From Picochlorum sp. SENEW3 (Eukaryota): a DNA stretch of 64,000 nt. This document shows positions 38,257 through 50,985 of the stretch, piece by piece. Below the pieces are notes generated by a model. That model ran no database searches. It worked only from the letters and a program-made list of their open reading frames with translations, and was not told the DNA's origin. The stretch covers positions 1 to 64,000 of the forward strand of contig CP120455.1 of assembly GCA_034226945.1 (NCBI GenBank). Direction: 5' to 3'. The stretch's first letter is position 1. The number at the start of each line of letters is the position of its first letter. A program made the translations under genes and the position numbers.

Positions 38257-40101
38257 ATGGCGGAGGAAACAAAGGTCCGTAAGGCCTTGCCTCACTCTGT
38301 CTCATCCCCTTACTTGCCGTCCGGCCAAGGCGTCCTTGTGAGTTTCAGAAATCTCACCTACGCTGTCAAAGACAGGAACAAGAAGGGAACATTTAAGAAA
38401 TTGATCGATGGAGTGAATGGATACTTGAGGCCAAGCGAACTCTGCATGCTGATGGGCCCCAGCGGCTGCGGAAAGACCACACTTTTGGATATCCTGTCGT
38501 CGAGGAAGGAGGTCGGCAGCCTCGAGGGGGAGGTGAAATTCGGAGGAATCAAGCCTACTCCAATGTTTCTCCGTCGATATACAGGCTATGTGGAGCAATT
38601 TGATACTCTTGTGCCCATTCTGACGACAGAGGAGATGCTTCGGTATACTGCCGAGCTCAAACTGGAAATGCACGTCTCGAGCAGCGATAAGCAGGCTGCA
38701 GTCGACGATGTGATACAAAAGCTTGGCTTAGAGTCGTGTCGAAAAGTGCTGATCGGAAGTAACCTTGCTCGAGGGATATCTGGCGGTCAGGCAAAGCGCG
38801 TCAACATTGGCATTGCACTGATTAGCAACCCAAGGGTGCTCTTTTTGGACGAGCCAACTACTGGACTGGATTCTTTCACCAGCAACGAAGTTATATCTGT
38901 GATCAAATCTTTGTCGTCCACAGGAATCACGGTGTGCGCCACCATCCATTCGCCGTCGGAGTATGCCTTTTCTTCTTTCGACAGGATGCTGTTGCTCCTG
39001 AGAGGCAAGACGGTGTTCTTTGGAAAATGCAGTGAGACGATGGCGTACCTGAAAAATGCTTGCTCCAGCTTCGAGAGCTCTTTGGACCTCCATGTTGCAA
39101 GCGAAGCAGAATGGATCACTGATGTCATCATGATGGCCGACAGGGCCGGCCATTTTGATTCCCTGGTGGATTGCTATAAGAACTCTGAGGCACACGATCA
39201 TGCCATGGGGGAACTCGAGGAACAGATGCAGCAGACAACGCAAGTTTCTGATGAGTTTGCAAAGATTCTTGCCGTGAAGAAAGCCACGACAACTCCAAGT
39301 TGGTACTCACTCTTGATCCTGATGAGATACCGGCTCGTCAAGAACTACTGCACAGGTGTCTTCTATGGCTCTCATGCTGCCCCTTGGCTGATTCAAACTC
39401 TCATCATGTTTTCCACATTCTGGTTCGTGGCTGACAACGTGTCTCCGTCCAGTGTCACAAATGTCACCGGTATCATATTTTTCTGGTGTGTGACACCTGC
39501 CTTTGGGGCAGCAGCCTACATCCCGAGCATCATGCTTGCGAGACCTCTATACTTTAGGGAAAGGAATGATGGTCTGTATCGATCGATCACATTTTTGATG
39601 TATTTGTTATTAGAGGAATTTTTCATTGCTGTACCGGTGACCCTCATCATCAATGTGATTATGTGGTTTGGCATGAAGCTTGCTGGGAACTTTGTGCTGT
39701 GGTGGATCTCCTTCTTCATCACGTACATTGCTGGTATAACAGTGTCATATGCCATTTGCTCGGTGTCCCCCAGTATCGACGTTGCCAATGCAGCCGTACC
39801 AATCTTCGGGGTCATTTGTCTGTTCTTCTCGGGATACTTGATCCGTGCAGATTCCATTGGGTGGTGGTGGAGATGGATGCTGTACCTCACTCCCACGTAC
39901 TATGGTTTTGGAGCCCAGATGAACAATTTCTTTTCAGGGGAGAGGAACTTCCCGTTCTTAGGAAGCCCCAGTGTGACATCATATTTTGGTATGGATTGGT
40001 TGACCGCATGGGAATTCGTGGGGATGCAATTGATCTTCCCATGTGTCTTTTTCTTCCTTGCATGGCTTGGTCTGACATACTACCGGCCGATCGCCCGGTG
40101 A
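38257..40101 (+). CDS. ABCG half-transporter, intact paralogue of the amplified ABCG
   Basis: GPSGCGKT, ISGGQAKRVNIG, LDEPTTGLD, ABC2 membrane domain. Confidence 0.95.
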   Translation: MAEETKVRKALPHSVSSPYLPSGQGVLVSFRNLTYAVKDRNKKGTFKKLIDGVNGYLRPSELCMLMGPSGCGKTTLLDILSSRKEVGSLEGEVKFGGIKPTPMFLRRYTGYVEQFDTLVPILTTEEMLRYTAELKLEMHVSSSDKQAAVDDVIQKLGLESCRKVLIGSNLARGISGGQAKRVNIGIALISNPRVLFLDEPTTGLDSFTSNEVISVIKSLSSTGITVCATIHSPSEYAFSSFDRMLLLLRGKTVFFGKCSETMAYLKNACSSFESSLDLHVASEAEWITDVIMMADRAGHFDSLVDCYKNSEAHDHAMGELEEQMQQTTQVSDEFAKILAVKKATTTPSWYSLLILMRYRLVKNYCTGVFYGSHAAPWLIQTLIMFSTFWFVADNVSPSSVTNVTGIIFFWCVTPAFGAAAYIPSIMLARPLYFRERNDGLYRSITFLMYLLLEEFFIAVPVTLIINVIMWFGMKLAGNFVLWWISFFITYIAGITVSYAICSVSPSIDVANAAVPIFGVICLFFSGYLIRADSIGWWWRWMLYLTPTYYGFGAQMNNFFSGERNFPFLGSPSVTSYFGMDWLTAWEFVGMQLIFPCVFFFLAWLGLTYYRPIAR

Positions 40102-40231
40102 TGATTCTTTTTGCTGCTTCAGTCTCTCGAGAGAGGAGCGTCACATGCACAATATTTGTACTACTACTTATACTAGTATTTCTTTGATTGTTTGAAACTG
40201 CATATAGTGTCTAGCTTGACGATTCGAGTCG

Positions 40232-41428
40232 ATGACGTCCTCGACTGATCAATATGCGTTGTGGCTGGAGACTGCGTGCTCCAAGGGGCCACAACTTGAA
40301 CAGTATTTGGCTCCATCCCGTGAGTTATACAGTAAAAGGCTGTGGCATGAACTCACGACTCTGCTGGAAGAACGAATCACCGATCCGGAATTTGTCAAAC
40401 TCTGCCCTCTCCAGGATCTGTACAACAACTTCATTCAAGGCTTTGCAGATAAAATAAACCCATTGAAGTTGGCCTTGTTTGCTGTCGCTACGAGCAAGGA
40501 AATGGCAGACCCGTACGACGGACAGGCGTTCCTCCAGTCAGTTCTGGACAGCATTAAACTGCACAAGGCAAAGCAGGGAGAATCCCACGTTGACGGCGTG
40601 GCCGATGAAGCATGTTTGTACTTAGAAATGCAGATAGCACAGTATTATTTGATATCGGAGAATATGGCAGAGTGCAAGCAACTCATGGACAGAGGTTCCA
40701 GGCTGTTGGACTCCATGTCTGAAGTGAACCATAAAGTTGCTGCGGCTGTATACTACGTCACCATGCAGTATCACAAGGCCAAGTCTGACTATGCAGCCTA
40801 CTACAAAGCTGCACTCATGTACCTCGCGTACGCGTCGAGCGAAGGCTTGTCAAGGGAATTTGCCGAGGCTGTTGCTGTGGACGTGTCATTGGCAGCATTG
40901 CTTGGAGAAGATGTGTACAGTTTTGGAGAACTCTTGGTGCACCCAATCATGGAAAATCTGCGATCGAGTGGTTCTTTTGGGTGGTTGTATGACCTGTTGG
41001 AATGCTTCCATCAGGGTGACATTGAAAGGTACGACACTCTGTGCACGGTGCATGCCAGTGTCCTGAATGGTCAGCCAGCACTCGTCGCCAACGAAAGAAA
41101 GCTCAGGGAGAAGATCACCGTCCTGTGTCTAGTATCCTATGTCAGCTCATTACCTGCCGACGAGAAGAGCGTGTCGCTGGCGGATATAGGTGCACGAACA
41201 AAGCTGCCCATAGAGAGCGTAGAGTTCCTTCTCATGAAGGCGTTATCACTGCGGTTGATTGATGGAATCATAGATCAAGTGAATGGCTCTGTATCAATCT
41301 CATGGATTGCTCCGAGAGTGTTGACCATGCCCGAAATAGAAGACATGAAGGATAGACTCAACCTGTGGCTTGAGAGGGTAGAAAATAAGTCTGCCGATGT
41401 AGAGGTGCAGTCAATAGGTATTGTATGA
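40232..41428 (+). CDS. RPN9: 26S proteasome lid subunit RPN9/PSMD13
   Basis: LYSKRLWHELT, KINPLKL, YSFGELLVHPI, VEFLLMKALSL, C-terminal PCI domain with WIAPRVL. Confidence 0.95.
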   Translation: MTSSTDQYALWLETACSKGPQLEQYLAPSRELYSKRLWHELTTLLEERITDPEFVKLCPLQDLYNNFIQGFADKINPLKLALFAVATSKEMADPYDGQAFLQSVLDSIKLHKAKQGESHVDGVADEACLYLEMQIAQYYLISENMAECKQLMDRGSRLLDSMSEVNHKVAAAVYYVTMQYHKAKSDYAAYYKAALMYLAYASSEGLSREFAEAVAVDVSLAALLGEDVYSFGELLVHPIMENLRSSGSFGWLYDLLECFHQGDIERYDTLCTVHASVLNGQPALVANERKLREKITVLCLVSYVSSLPADEKSVSLADIGARTKLPIESVEFLLMKALSLRLIDGIIDQVNGSVSISWIAPRVLTMPEIEDMKDRLNLWLERVENKSADVEVQSIGIV

Positions 41429-41434
41429 AAATTT

Positions 41435-42514
41435 TCATGTTAAAATGTCTTTCAATTGCCGTTGAAGATGGTGGGAAAATCCGATGTGGTCCAGGTATTC
41501 ATGCACCCCGCCAAACTTCCTATCAAGGAATTCAAAGGTCTTCTCGAGCACTTCTGGAGGGGCACTGGAAAACATGCTCCTGTCCACGCCTTCGACTTCC
41601 TTCATATTTTCCACTCCGCCCAACGCGACTTCATTCAGTCCATTACTCAATGCGTAGTCTTTCAGAATCTCACTCCTGTCGACATCACAACAGGACAAAA
41701 CCAGTGCAGAAATCAGCCCTGTCCTGTCCTTTCCTAGCTTGCAAAAGATCAGCGTCGGTTGATTATTCTGCAGAGCCTGCAAAATTGTGTCCATGCATCC
41801 TTTCACTTCGTTTTTGGCAGTCTCCAGGATCACTTCATACACCAACGGGAGCCCCAACGCATTCACCTCGGGAAGCAAAATCTCCTTCATCTTGTCGTCG
41901 TACCCAGCAGTCTTCCAGGCCAAGGCGATCAATGTCTTCAACTTCGGAAGTCTCCACAGCAGCTTGGGGATGAATTTCCTCTTCTCCAACAAGGAAAACC
42001 TGTGAAGCTCGCAGTACGGAAGCTCTTCATCCAGCATCTCAATGGCTTCCGTATCTGTGTGCACACCCAGCCTGTCCGAGAAGTGATACGTCTTTATGGT
42101 CCCATTATTTAGCACAGCATGCCACCCATCATCCAACACGTGCTCCTCGGCCGACCGAAGATCTAAGAGATGCTGCACCCGAAAATGTTGTCTGAGTTTG
42201 GTGTAGTCCTCCATGATCGCGCTGCTCGGGTTGCCCGATCTGAACACCCTCCCAGGGCGTAAAGACGTCGCAGTCTCAGCCAGATCTCTTGCATTGGGAA
42301 TACTTGTGAATGCTTCCGAGAATAGCATCTCGTTCTCGTACTTTGTGTCGAATGCCCTGCTCTTTCCAGCTGTTCTGTTCGGGATCCCACGTGTTGGAGG
42401 TTCCAATCCACCAAACCGAGTTCCTAGAGCTCTCATACAGCGATTCATGAGAGAATTGGAATTGTTCTCTTCCTTTGCGGGTGGGAATGGGGAATTTTGC
42501 GGTGTCAAAACCAT
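41435..42514 (-). CDS. Tyrosine phosphatase family protein (IphP/Y_phosphatase3-like)
   Basis: PNARDL, VFRSG, LDLRSAEE, active site FCKLGKDRTG, DYALSN, FGGVHEYLDHIG. Confidence 0.85.
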   Translation of the reverse strand: MVLTPQNSPFPPAKEENNSNSLMNRCMRALGTRFGGLEPPTRGIPNRTAGKSRAFDTKYENEMLFSEAFTSIPNARDLAETATSLRPGRVFRSGNPSSAIMEDYTKLRQHFRVQHLLDLRSAEEHVLDDGWHAVLNNGTIKTYHFSDRLGVHTDTEAIEMLDEELPYCELHRFSLLEKRKFIPKLLWRLPKLKTLIALAWKTAGYDDKMKEILLPEVNALGLPLVYEVILETAKNEVKGCMDTILQALQNNQPTLIFCKLGKDRTGLISALVLSCCDVDRSEILKDYALSNGLNEVALGGVENMKEVEGVDRSMFSSAPPEVLEKTFEFLDRKFGGVHEYLDHIGFSHHLQRQLKDILT

Positions 42515-42629
42515 TTTAAATGTTTATTGACGGAACAATTCCATTGGAATTACAGACGGAATCCTCATATAGCCATGTCTCCCCCTGCTTAGTATGCATT
42601 TAGACACATTATAATACATCGGCTTGAGA

Positions 42630-44954
42630 ATGGCGAAGGTGAAGAAAGGCAGAAAGAGGAAAGCGGTGCCTCCAGGGCATGCAGGTCCAAGCCAGGAGGA
42701 CATGCAGAAAGGTGTGTTTGTGAATCGATTGGATGGATCTCCGTGTAATCATATACATAAAAGTTCGGTAGTACATGGTTTCAATGGTTGTATGGGTGTT
42801 TGCAGTGGGCGAGGTTGGTGTTCCCAAAGCAGTCGAGGAAATGAGTGTCGACGATTTGCTCGGGATGGACGTGTTTGGAGGAATTGACGGTTCACACGTT
42901 GAGAAGGATGACAAGAGTGACTCTGTGGCATCGTCCGATAGCGATGAGGAGGATATTGGGATGACCAAGGAGGACATGGAGAAGTTGAAGGAAACAGACC
43001 CTGAGTTTTACGAGTATCTGAAGGAGACTGACCAAAACTTGCTGGAGTTCGACGTTGATGGTAGCGACGAATCAAGAGGGGATGGAGTCGAAGAAAGTGA
43101 ACAACCTGAGGTGGAGGATGATACGAGGGAGGTGATCACATCAGAGTCTCTCAAGTCATGGTGTGCTGCAGCAGAGAAGAATGCATCCCTGGGAGCTGTT
43201 CGTCAGATGACCAGGCTCTATCGCATCGCCTGCCATTATGGGGATGATGAGGATGAAAGTCTTCGCCTGGCTAGCTCTGCTGTGTATAACAAAATCTTGC
43301 TGTTTATGCTGGGAAAGGCTGACGGTATATTTAGAAAGGCTCTTTCTATAGAGAAAGGGGATGAAGACGTCGACGTAACAGCATCAACTCGCTGGCCCAA
43401 GTTCGAAGTATATATTCGCAGTTATTTGGGAAACACGCTGCATCTATTAGGTACGTTGTCCTTGTGGGCTCTAGTCAAATCCCTGGAACTTGATCATGAC
43501 AAGTTATGGGGAGTCGTAGCGAGCCTATATCGAATATGCCTTGTGGTGACTTATTTTCAGTGCGTTTTCGAGTGCAATGATGATTGATCTGAGGGCTATA
43601 TATCGTTGATTTTGTAGGCAAGGTGACTGATGCTTCCATGCAGAGCTATGTGTTGGAGAGATTGCGACACTCTGTAATCTTTTTGAGAGATTTTGACAAA
43701 ATAAGAAGAAAGCTGATTGCTTTAGCTCTGAAAATTTTCTCTAGTGGTGAAGATGAGGCCAAGGTACAGGCAATACTGTTCATTCGTGCCCTAGCAATTA
43801 AATTGCCTGCCTTGTGTCTTGATAGCTGTCTGAAAGGGACGTACAAATCTTTTGCAAGTGCCGCCAAATTCTTCAATGCCAGCTCTGCGCCCAACATTCG
43901 TTTTATGGCATCATGTGCTGTCGAGATGTATGGTATAGATTTGGCAGCAACATATCAGCACGCATTTGTGGCCATCAAGGATTTGGCCAGTCAAATGAGG
44001 CAGGCGCTCACCAGCAAGTCAAAAGAGTCTTACAAAGAGATCTACTGCTGGCAGACAATTAATTGCTTTGAGCTATGGGCTACTGTACTAGTGACGTACC
44101 CTGATCAATTAGAGCCCTTGTTCTATCCAGTGTCCCAGTTGCTCCTTGGGGCATGCACGCTGATTGGATCACCCTCATTCATACCACTCAGGCTGAAATG
44201 TATTCGAATGCTGAACGAGATAGCTGCTTGCAATAACTTGTATATTCCTGTGTCTTCCCTGTTATTAGAAGTTCTGCAGTGGAAAGACCTCGGGAGAAAG
44301 CCCAAACCAGTGGCAGCAAATACTGTCACAGACATTAATCTTCGTCTACGAGTCGGCTCCACCATATTGAGGGCAGCATCCTTCCAAGATGAGGTAGTTG
44401 ATGTCGTGTTTGAATTACTGAGTGAACACTTGGCGCAGTGGGGGTACCACCCAGGATTTCTGGAAGTATCATATGTTCCCCTGTTGAGGCTGAGAGCATT
44501 TGCAAAGTCAGCAGACAGGGACCGTTTCAAACGAGGAGCAAAGCAATTGTGCCAGGCAATAAGCAGCACCAACGATCTTGTTACTAAGGCTAGAAATAAA
44601 TCCCAGTTCAGTCCAAAGGATTCAGGTGCCATCCGCAAGTTTGCACAAGACCTGGAGGCTGAGGGGCCCACCGCCATTGTCACCCTGGCGAAAAAGCTTC
44701 GGGAGCAGACAATCCAGCGGCTGCAGATGAGGTCCATGGAGGACGCAGTTATAGCCGAGGAAGAAGACTATAGTGGTGGTGACGACGACGATCACGATAG
44801 TGTAGAAGAAGAAGACGAAATGAGGAAGAGGACAAGAGTCAGTGACGACATGCCGCACAATGTTGATGAATTAGAAAATACGCGCGATGGTGAAGATGGC
44901 TTTGGTGGGGAGGACCAAGTTGACGTATATCAATTGTCAGATGACGATGAATAA
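42630..44954 (+). CDS. NOC2: Nucleolar complex protein 2 (at least 3 exons)
   Basis: LKETDPEFYEYL motif, YQHAFVAIKDLA, IYCWQ, PLRLKCIRML, acidic tail. Confidence 0.92.
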
Positions 44955-45002
44955 TGATGATAATAATAATAATAACCCTGCCGATTTTCTTCACCGTTCT
45001 TC

Positions 45003-45480
45003 TCATTTCTCTTTCTCTTTCTCCTCCCCCTCCTCCTTTTCTTGCTGCTGCCGCTCCATCTCACGTTCTTCTTCTTCTAATAAAGGAGCATAATAGTCCT
45101 TGTTGGCTAGCATGCATTCACGGAGAGCTATGGTCTGCAAACACATACATACAGGTCTCAGGAAAAAAAAAAAAAAGCCTGCAGCAACAAGTTGAGCACT
45201 CAAAGATTGTGTCTCGCACCGCTTCTTTGCACGTTTCTGTAAAGTCATTATCTGCACTGCGCTCTGCATCGACGCACGCACTCCATGCCTGCAAACATTT
45301 GAAGGGGCTTAGGGCCACAACCAAGCTCTTTCAACACACACATCTCAGTGCACCCACCTCAAATGCTTCTTTGCATCCTCCTCCCTTCATAAATATACAA
45401 AATCCACAAGTTTCTTCTTCTTCTTCTTCCTCTTCTCCTCCTCCATTGGAAGGTTCAGGGGGAGAATCGTCCTTTGACAT
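45003..45480 (-). CDS. GCK-domain protein, 107 aa; exons 45480-45358, 45288-45220, 45134-45003
   Basis: Spliced product contains CGFCIFMKGGGCKEAFEAWSACV...CKEATIALRECMLANKDYYAPLL; both introns are phase 0 GT-AG. Confidence 0.88.
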
Positions 45481-45580
45481 GCTGAATGATCTAGTCTATT
45501 ACTGCTAGCCGAATATCGAGCTCTATCTAGTTCAAACAGTTTATTAATTATTTAAATTATAAATTAGTTCTGGAGGTGCA

Positions 45581-48500
45581 TCATCCCATCACGTATATGT
45601 CTGAATTTTTTGAATTGCTGCCCCTGGAGCGTCTGTAGCCATTCTCTGGGGCTCCACCAGAATTGCTTCTTCTGGTGGGCGGAAGATTTGCTGCCCTGAG
45701 TTTTGAGAGCAATGCGGGCATGGGATTCGTTCCCGTGCCGGTCACCTGGACCCATGCCTGATCGAGCATTGGGGTGCCGTAAATTTTGGATTCATTCCTG
45801 AATTGCCAAAGGCTCCCAGTCTTCCACATGGAGTCGGGCCTGTTGTCCAACTGTTCCAGCATATCTGGTCTGTCTTTATCTAGGTAATTGGTGGAACCTT
45901 GTTTGAACGCAGACTCAATATCTGGCAGGGAAATTGCTCCGCGTCGTTCAGCAGAGAGTGACGCTGTTGGGTCATTCACTGTTTGCTTGAACCATCCACT
46001 CAATTGGCCCCAGGCGTAGGTGGGGCGGTATACTTTTCGAAGCGCTGGGTTTTTTGAATGCTGTTTCGCGAGGGACTGTGCGCTGGACAACTGGCGCTCC
46101 TCTGGTACACTTGTATCAGCATCACCTCGGTTTAGAAAAAGGTCCTCCAAGTTGATTGGAACCTTGGGAGAGGTTATATTCTTATAATGCCTGGCACAGG
46201 AGAACCACATTCGAGTATGAGCATATAGAGTTCCTGCATCTGCGGCGGCAGTCAGACCACCGCCAATGTCGAGGTCAAGCTGGCGAATGGCAGCACACAA
46301 CTTGATCAGTTTACCTCTTGCTTCATCTGCAGACGATACCCTCTCCCTCACCATACCTGCCAAACGAACCACGTTATCTGGGAAGATGTTGTTATTCATC
46401 ATCTCGGCAACTTTGAAGCCATCTGACATGGTCAGCGCCTCTTTGGGGGCCAGCACATGGGCACATCCCCGAAGCAGCCGTTTGGATATGGATTTTGGCC
46501 CATTCCACAAGTGGTTTACCACCTCTGATTCCTGCAAAATCCGAAGATACGGCTCTTGAGTCTGAGATTGCTGTTTCAAAAACATTCGGACTTTGTCCAA
46601 GGTGATGACAATATTTTGTACTCTGTTGGATACAACCCCTTTTGCTTCTGCTGCAGCTGCAGCCTCAGTGTATCGTTTGTAGGGATCTTTATGCAATAAT
46701 TCCTCCTTCAAGCACACATACTCTTTTTCAAGATATTCACAAATGAGTGAAGCCCATTTCTCTAGCCATGGAGGAACCCTGGAGCCATCCTCTTTGCTTC
46801 CTAGGCAGCTACACCCCAGCCCGAATTTTTTCAGCCTTGCTAAATCTGCCCTTGTGAGAGGCTCCGAGCCGGCACGAATCAATGCCACTTGTCGATGGAG
46901 AATGTTGTGGTTTTTTGACAAAATTTGCATGAAAGCTCTGCTTCCTGTAAAATACAGGTATGACCCACGACACATGTGTGTTCCACACAGGCAAATAGCC
47001 TGCCTGAATTCCTTTTCAGACTCCGTGACAGACGAATAGTCAAACGTCAACTCTTCCCCTGGATGGACGTGTCGAAGAGTATATAGGGCAATGGTCAATC
47101 TTCCATTGCAAGCCATCACAACTGCTTGGCAGTTTGGGGTGCAGGAGTGAGACATGCGGGAGGCAACAGCACCCTTGGCTGCGGCATCGACAAATAAAAC
47201 GTCATATCCGTCTGGGTCGTCCTTGGGGCGCTCCAAAACGATATTGTAGAAATCTGGCAGCTCGCTTCCTGTTATCTTTTTCACTGCATCCTGTAAGCCA
47301 AACCATCTCCATGGTGTGTGAATTTCTCCCAAGTATTCCTCGACAAAAGTGAGTGGTGGTATACCATCCTCTCTCTTGCATACCAGGCCCACGCCTTTAG
47401 GGTGCAGCCTGAAGTAATTTGAGCCCACCTCTTCGAATCGCTGTTGGATAGCCTTTACCGCCCGCACTGACCTCTGATCATCTTGTGCTTCTGCCACAGA
47501 GAGTGTGGATTCGAGGGCACAATTCAAATCCCATCCTCGTGGACCCTGTCTGTTGATGGCCGGCATCAGGGTATACTCAATCCATTCAGAGGCCATTCTT
47601 TGTACAATACCGTCTTTTGGAATGCTGTCGTGTTCTTGGATTCCCTTGTTGGAGGACGGAGAGGGTGCATCGGCTGCAACAGCAGCATGTTGTCCTGCAG
47701 AAGTGGCTGCAGCCATACACGGGGCTGACTCTTTATCGTAATCCGGAATCACGTATTCTCCAAATGCTTGAGACTCTAGTATTGCTGCAAAAATTGTGAT
47801 GATGGGTCAAATCATGGTCACACATGCTTGAAAGTATGCACAGAGTCTGGAATAGCACGCACCATCCTGGATATTTTTTCTCGTGTAACAATCCATTCCC
47901 CAGGAATCTATTTCTTCAACATCGATCCCAAGCTTTACTGCTTGTCGCTTTGTGACCGCTCTATTCAGGCAGTTAGATTCGTCACATTTGCAAGATGGCC
48001 CACATTCTGTGTTTCGCGATAAGCAGTGACAGGAAGAGACAAAACTGTCCTTTTCCAAAGAGTACTCCCCCAAAGTGTCCCTCCGTTTACAGTGTTCTCC
48101 ATCGCATCCACCAGTCTTTTTTGTCGCGAGTTTTTTCGTGATTTCATCCCTTGCAAACTCCTCCACAATATGATAGCTTTCCAGCCTAACATATGGGCGA
48201 GGCTTAAATGGTGTCTTCCTCCAGTTTCCGTGGCGATATGGCTCTCGGTTGAATGCAATTGATTTGGGAAGCTTCACTTTCGGAGTGTTTATATCATGAT
48301 CCGCATATTGTCCATCGTCTGTGCTGGCCTTGCCCCTCTTTTTGGCACCTCGCTTCATTTTCCTCACCCCTGTGACGCCCATGATATCATCCAGCACCTC
48401 TGCGATCAGATTGATGAACGCATCTGCGAATCCCATGATCTTTCCTCGTCTCACCATTGCATTGTCCAAGGACAAGTATATCTGTGCCGCCTCTTTGCAT

Positions 48501-49537
48501 GAGGAATCAAGCTCAGCCATAAACTCCTCTGCATCAACAAAGCCTCCCACTGCGAATACAATACGAGATCACATGAAGTCTATTCTTTCGACAATCCTTC
48601 ACTCGAAAAGTCACCAAAAAGAAAAATGAAACATACCTTCAAGGATTTTGCAGACCCCTTCCAGTGTTGCACCAATAAGTTGCATTCCCTGGCTTGCCCC
48701 GCTATCCCTAACCTTTAATGCCTCTTTCTGAAAGTTTGAGGAAAATGAGCACGTCCCTACATCAGCATGCTCTTGAGACAATGCGACTCGAAGCAAATAA
48801 CACAACTGGCTCTGAATTTTCATATTCCATTGTAGCGAACCATACGCCGCAACAATAGTTTTCTGGCCCTTTGATTGATCTTTCCGCTTCCTTCTTCCAG
48901 GGTTTTGGGAGCTTTGCTTGTCCTGCTGCATCTCCACCACACGCTCATCGACCTCAAACGTCAAAGCTTCTCCAACATCCTCGGGATTCATGTAAAAGTG
49001 CGAGCCCCCATCCTGCTGAGAGACTTCTTGGCTCCCACCAACTTTCTGACACCCAGGAGACAGCAAATCCAGCAACTCACCCAGGTGCCCCACAGTTTCC
49101 TTGTTTCCAGCTTCGAACTCATTATATAGCACATCCCCAACTATTTTGTTCAGGTGGGAGCACACATGGCCGAGATTTTGCCCCAGATCGTGCCTCAACG
49201 ACTCAAGGGCAGGGGTGCTATCATGTCGTTGCTGAGTTTGCAAACTCTCCTCAAGGCGGCGTGTCTCGATAGCTCGTACCAAATGTTCAGGCAACCTTTG
49301 AAAAGATGCTATTATTGCATTCTCAATCAAGTCTGTGCCCCCGGTGTTCTCGTCGTCGGTCCCGGCAACGACAATTCCATTGCTCTGTACCCGTTGACCA
49401 TCATTCTGATTGCTCTTTTTCCCGATACCATGTGTATCAAGTTCATGTGCATTTGTTTCAGCTGTCTTTGACCGGTACAGCATTGTTGAGGCCCGAGGCA
49501 ACCTCGTAACTGCCCTTTTTGGCCCCCTCCGAGGCAT
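45581..49537 (-). CDS. ATXR3: SET-domain histone H3K4 methyltransferase, ATXR3/SDG2-like (multi-exon)
   Basis: KGVGLVC, FYNIVLERPKDDPDGYD, SRMSHSCTPNC, GEELTFDYSSVTESEKE, post-SET CLCG..CRGSYL; upstream exons carry pre-SET-like Cys and WGMDCYTRKNI. Confidence 0.88.
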
Positions 49538-49793
49538 TCTGCAACGTTGGCTTTCGCTGTGCAGATTGGAGCCTATCTAGATTCATTCAAATTGAATATA
49601 ACAAATATAACGTAGTGTCTCTGAGAGAAGGACGTGTTTCATGTCAGTTCCAACATTGACGTTGTTTCAAAAATCCGTCGAATTTTCCTTTGAAGGAATC
49701 TCGGCAAGATGTTGGCCGGGCCATCAAGAACAACTCTGTTCGCCGGCGTTTTTCTCCACTTTTCTTACTTTGATATCGCCTCATGATGGTAGA

Positions 49794-50982
49794 ATGAGGT
49801 TCTCGGGGGTTTTGGTGGATGAAGGTATCCGGCTCTTGGAGAGGTCGTTGCTGCCCGCGTGTCAGAAAACTGGAAAGAAGATTTTCCTGCTCCTGTCAAG
49901 TCATGACGTATTCCTGGTGCAGGATGAAACTGAGGCACATGGTATGCATGTGGTAGCCGGTATCAAAGCGGTGCGTTGGATACTGCTGTCCATTTCAAAC
50001 AGGGCAACTGTTGTTGAGTAAGCATATCACGGCCATTATATTTCTGTAGCACATTCTATTCGACGAAGATCTGTACGTGTGCAAGAGCAAGGTGGATGAT
50101 GTTATTTGTTTGCGTGTGTCGTTGGACGTGTTGCTCAAGTCTTTGAGGTCTGCCAGTGCTCATGACGCTGAGAAGTTGCAAATAGCCCTGCGCCACAGGC
50201 CTCTGAAAGCATCCAACAATGGGGCCGCGGTGCCACTGATCGAGATATGCTGGAGCAACGAATCTATGAACATTAGTCAGGAAATTCCTATAGAGAAACC
50301 ATGTCCATCGTCTGAGGTGACACGGATCAGGGGATTGTGCAGCCAGGATGCAACATGCAATTTTTACCTGGATATCGCCCCAGAATTGAAGGCCATCATG
50401 GTGAGCGGTAACTCTTTATAGTTTTTACGTGAGAAATGTTCGATTTTAGCGCAACGTGGTGTTCTCTTGTCGCAGGGCATCCTTGAAAATTTGAAAATCT
50501 TTAGCAAGACAGCTGTTGTGTGCCTGACACTGGATGGGGATTTTCACGTCATTTCGGAATCTGAGCTGTCCAAAATCGGTGTGGGGTTCCCATCATTTGA
50601 TGTATTTGGCAGCGATGGCACAGCAACGCAGAACCCTAAGGGAACACAGTGCGTTAGATAGGGGATTGTTATCGAGAATGCTTGATGGATTGATTGATCA
50701 ACTTTGTGTTTACCATGCAGGCAGAATGTATCAATCGAGGAACGGCTCGCGGAAGCAAAGAGGCAGGAGAGAGCGTATTTCATGGAAATCAAAGTGGTGC
50801 ACTTGTATCAAGTGCTGAGGAGTGCGCAACTGACGAGTCCTGCACGAGTTCTGTGTGGGATGGCTGAGGATTTTTCACATGTCCATATAGTTTTATCCTA
50901 TAATGATATCTTGGACAACACAAAGGTATCCACTGATCGATCTTTTGATTTTAAAATTCCCAATTTGCTCGAAAATGAATGA
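49794..50982 (+). CDS. HUS1: 9-1-1 checkpoint clamp subunit HUS1 (about 4 exons)
   Basis: N-terminus MRFSGVLVDEGIRLLERSLLPACQKTGK resembles plant HUS1; ISQEIPIEKP; short ORFs separated by GT-AG introns. Confidence 0.75.
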
Positions 50983-50985
50983 ACA

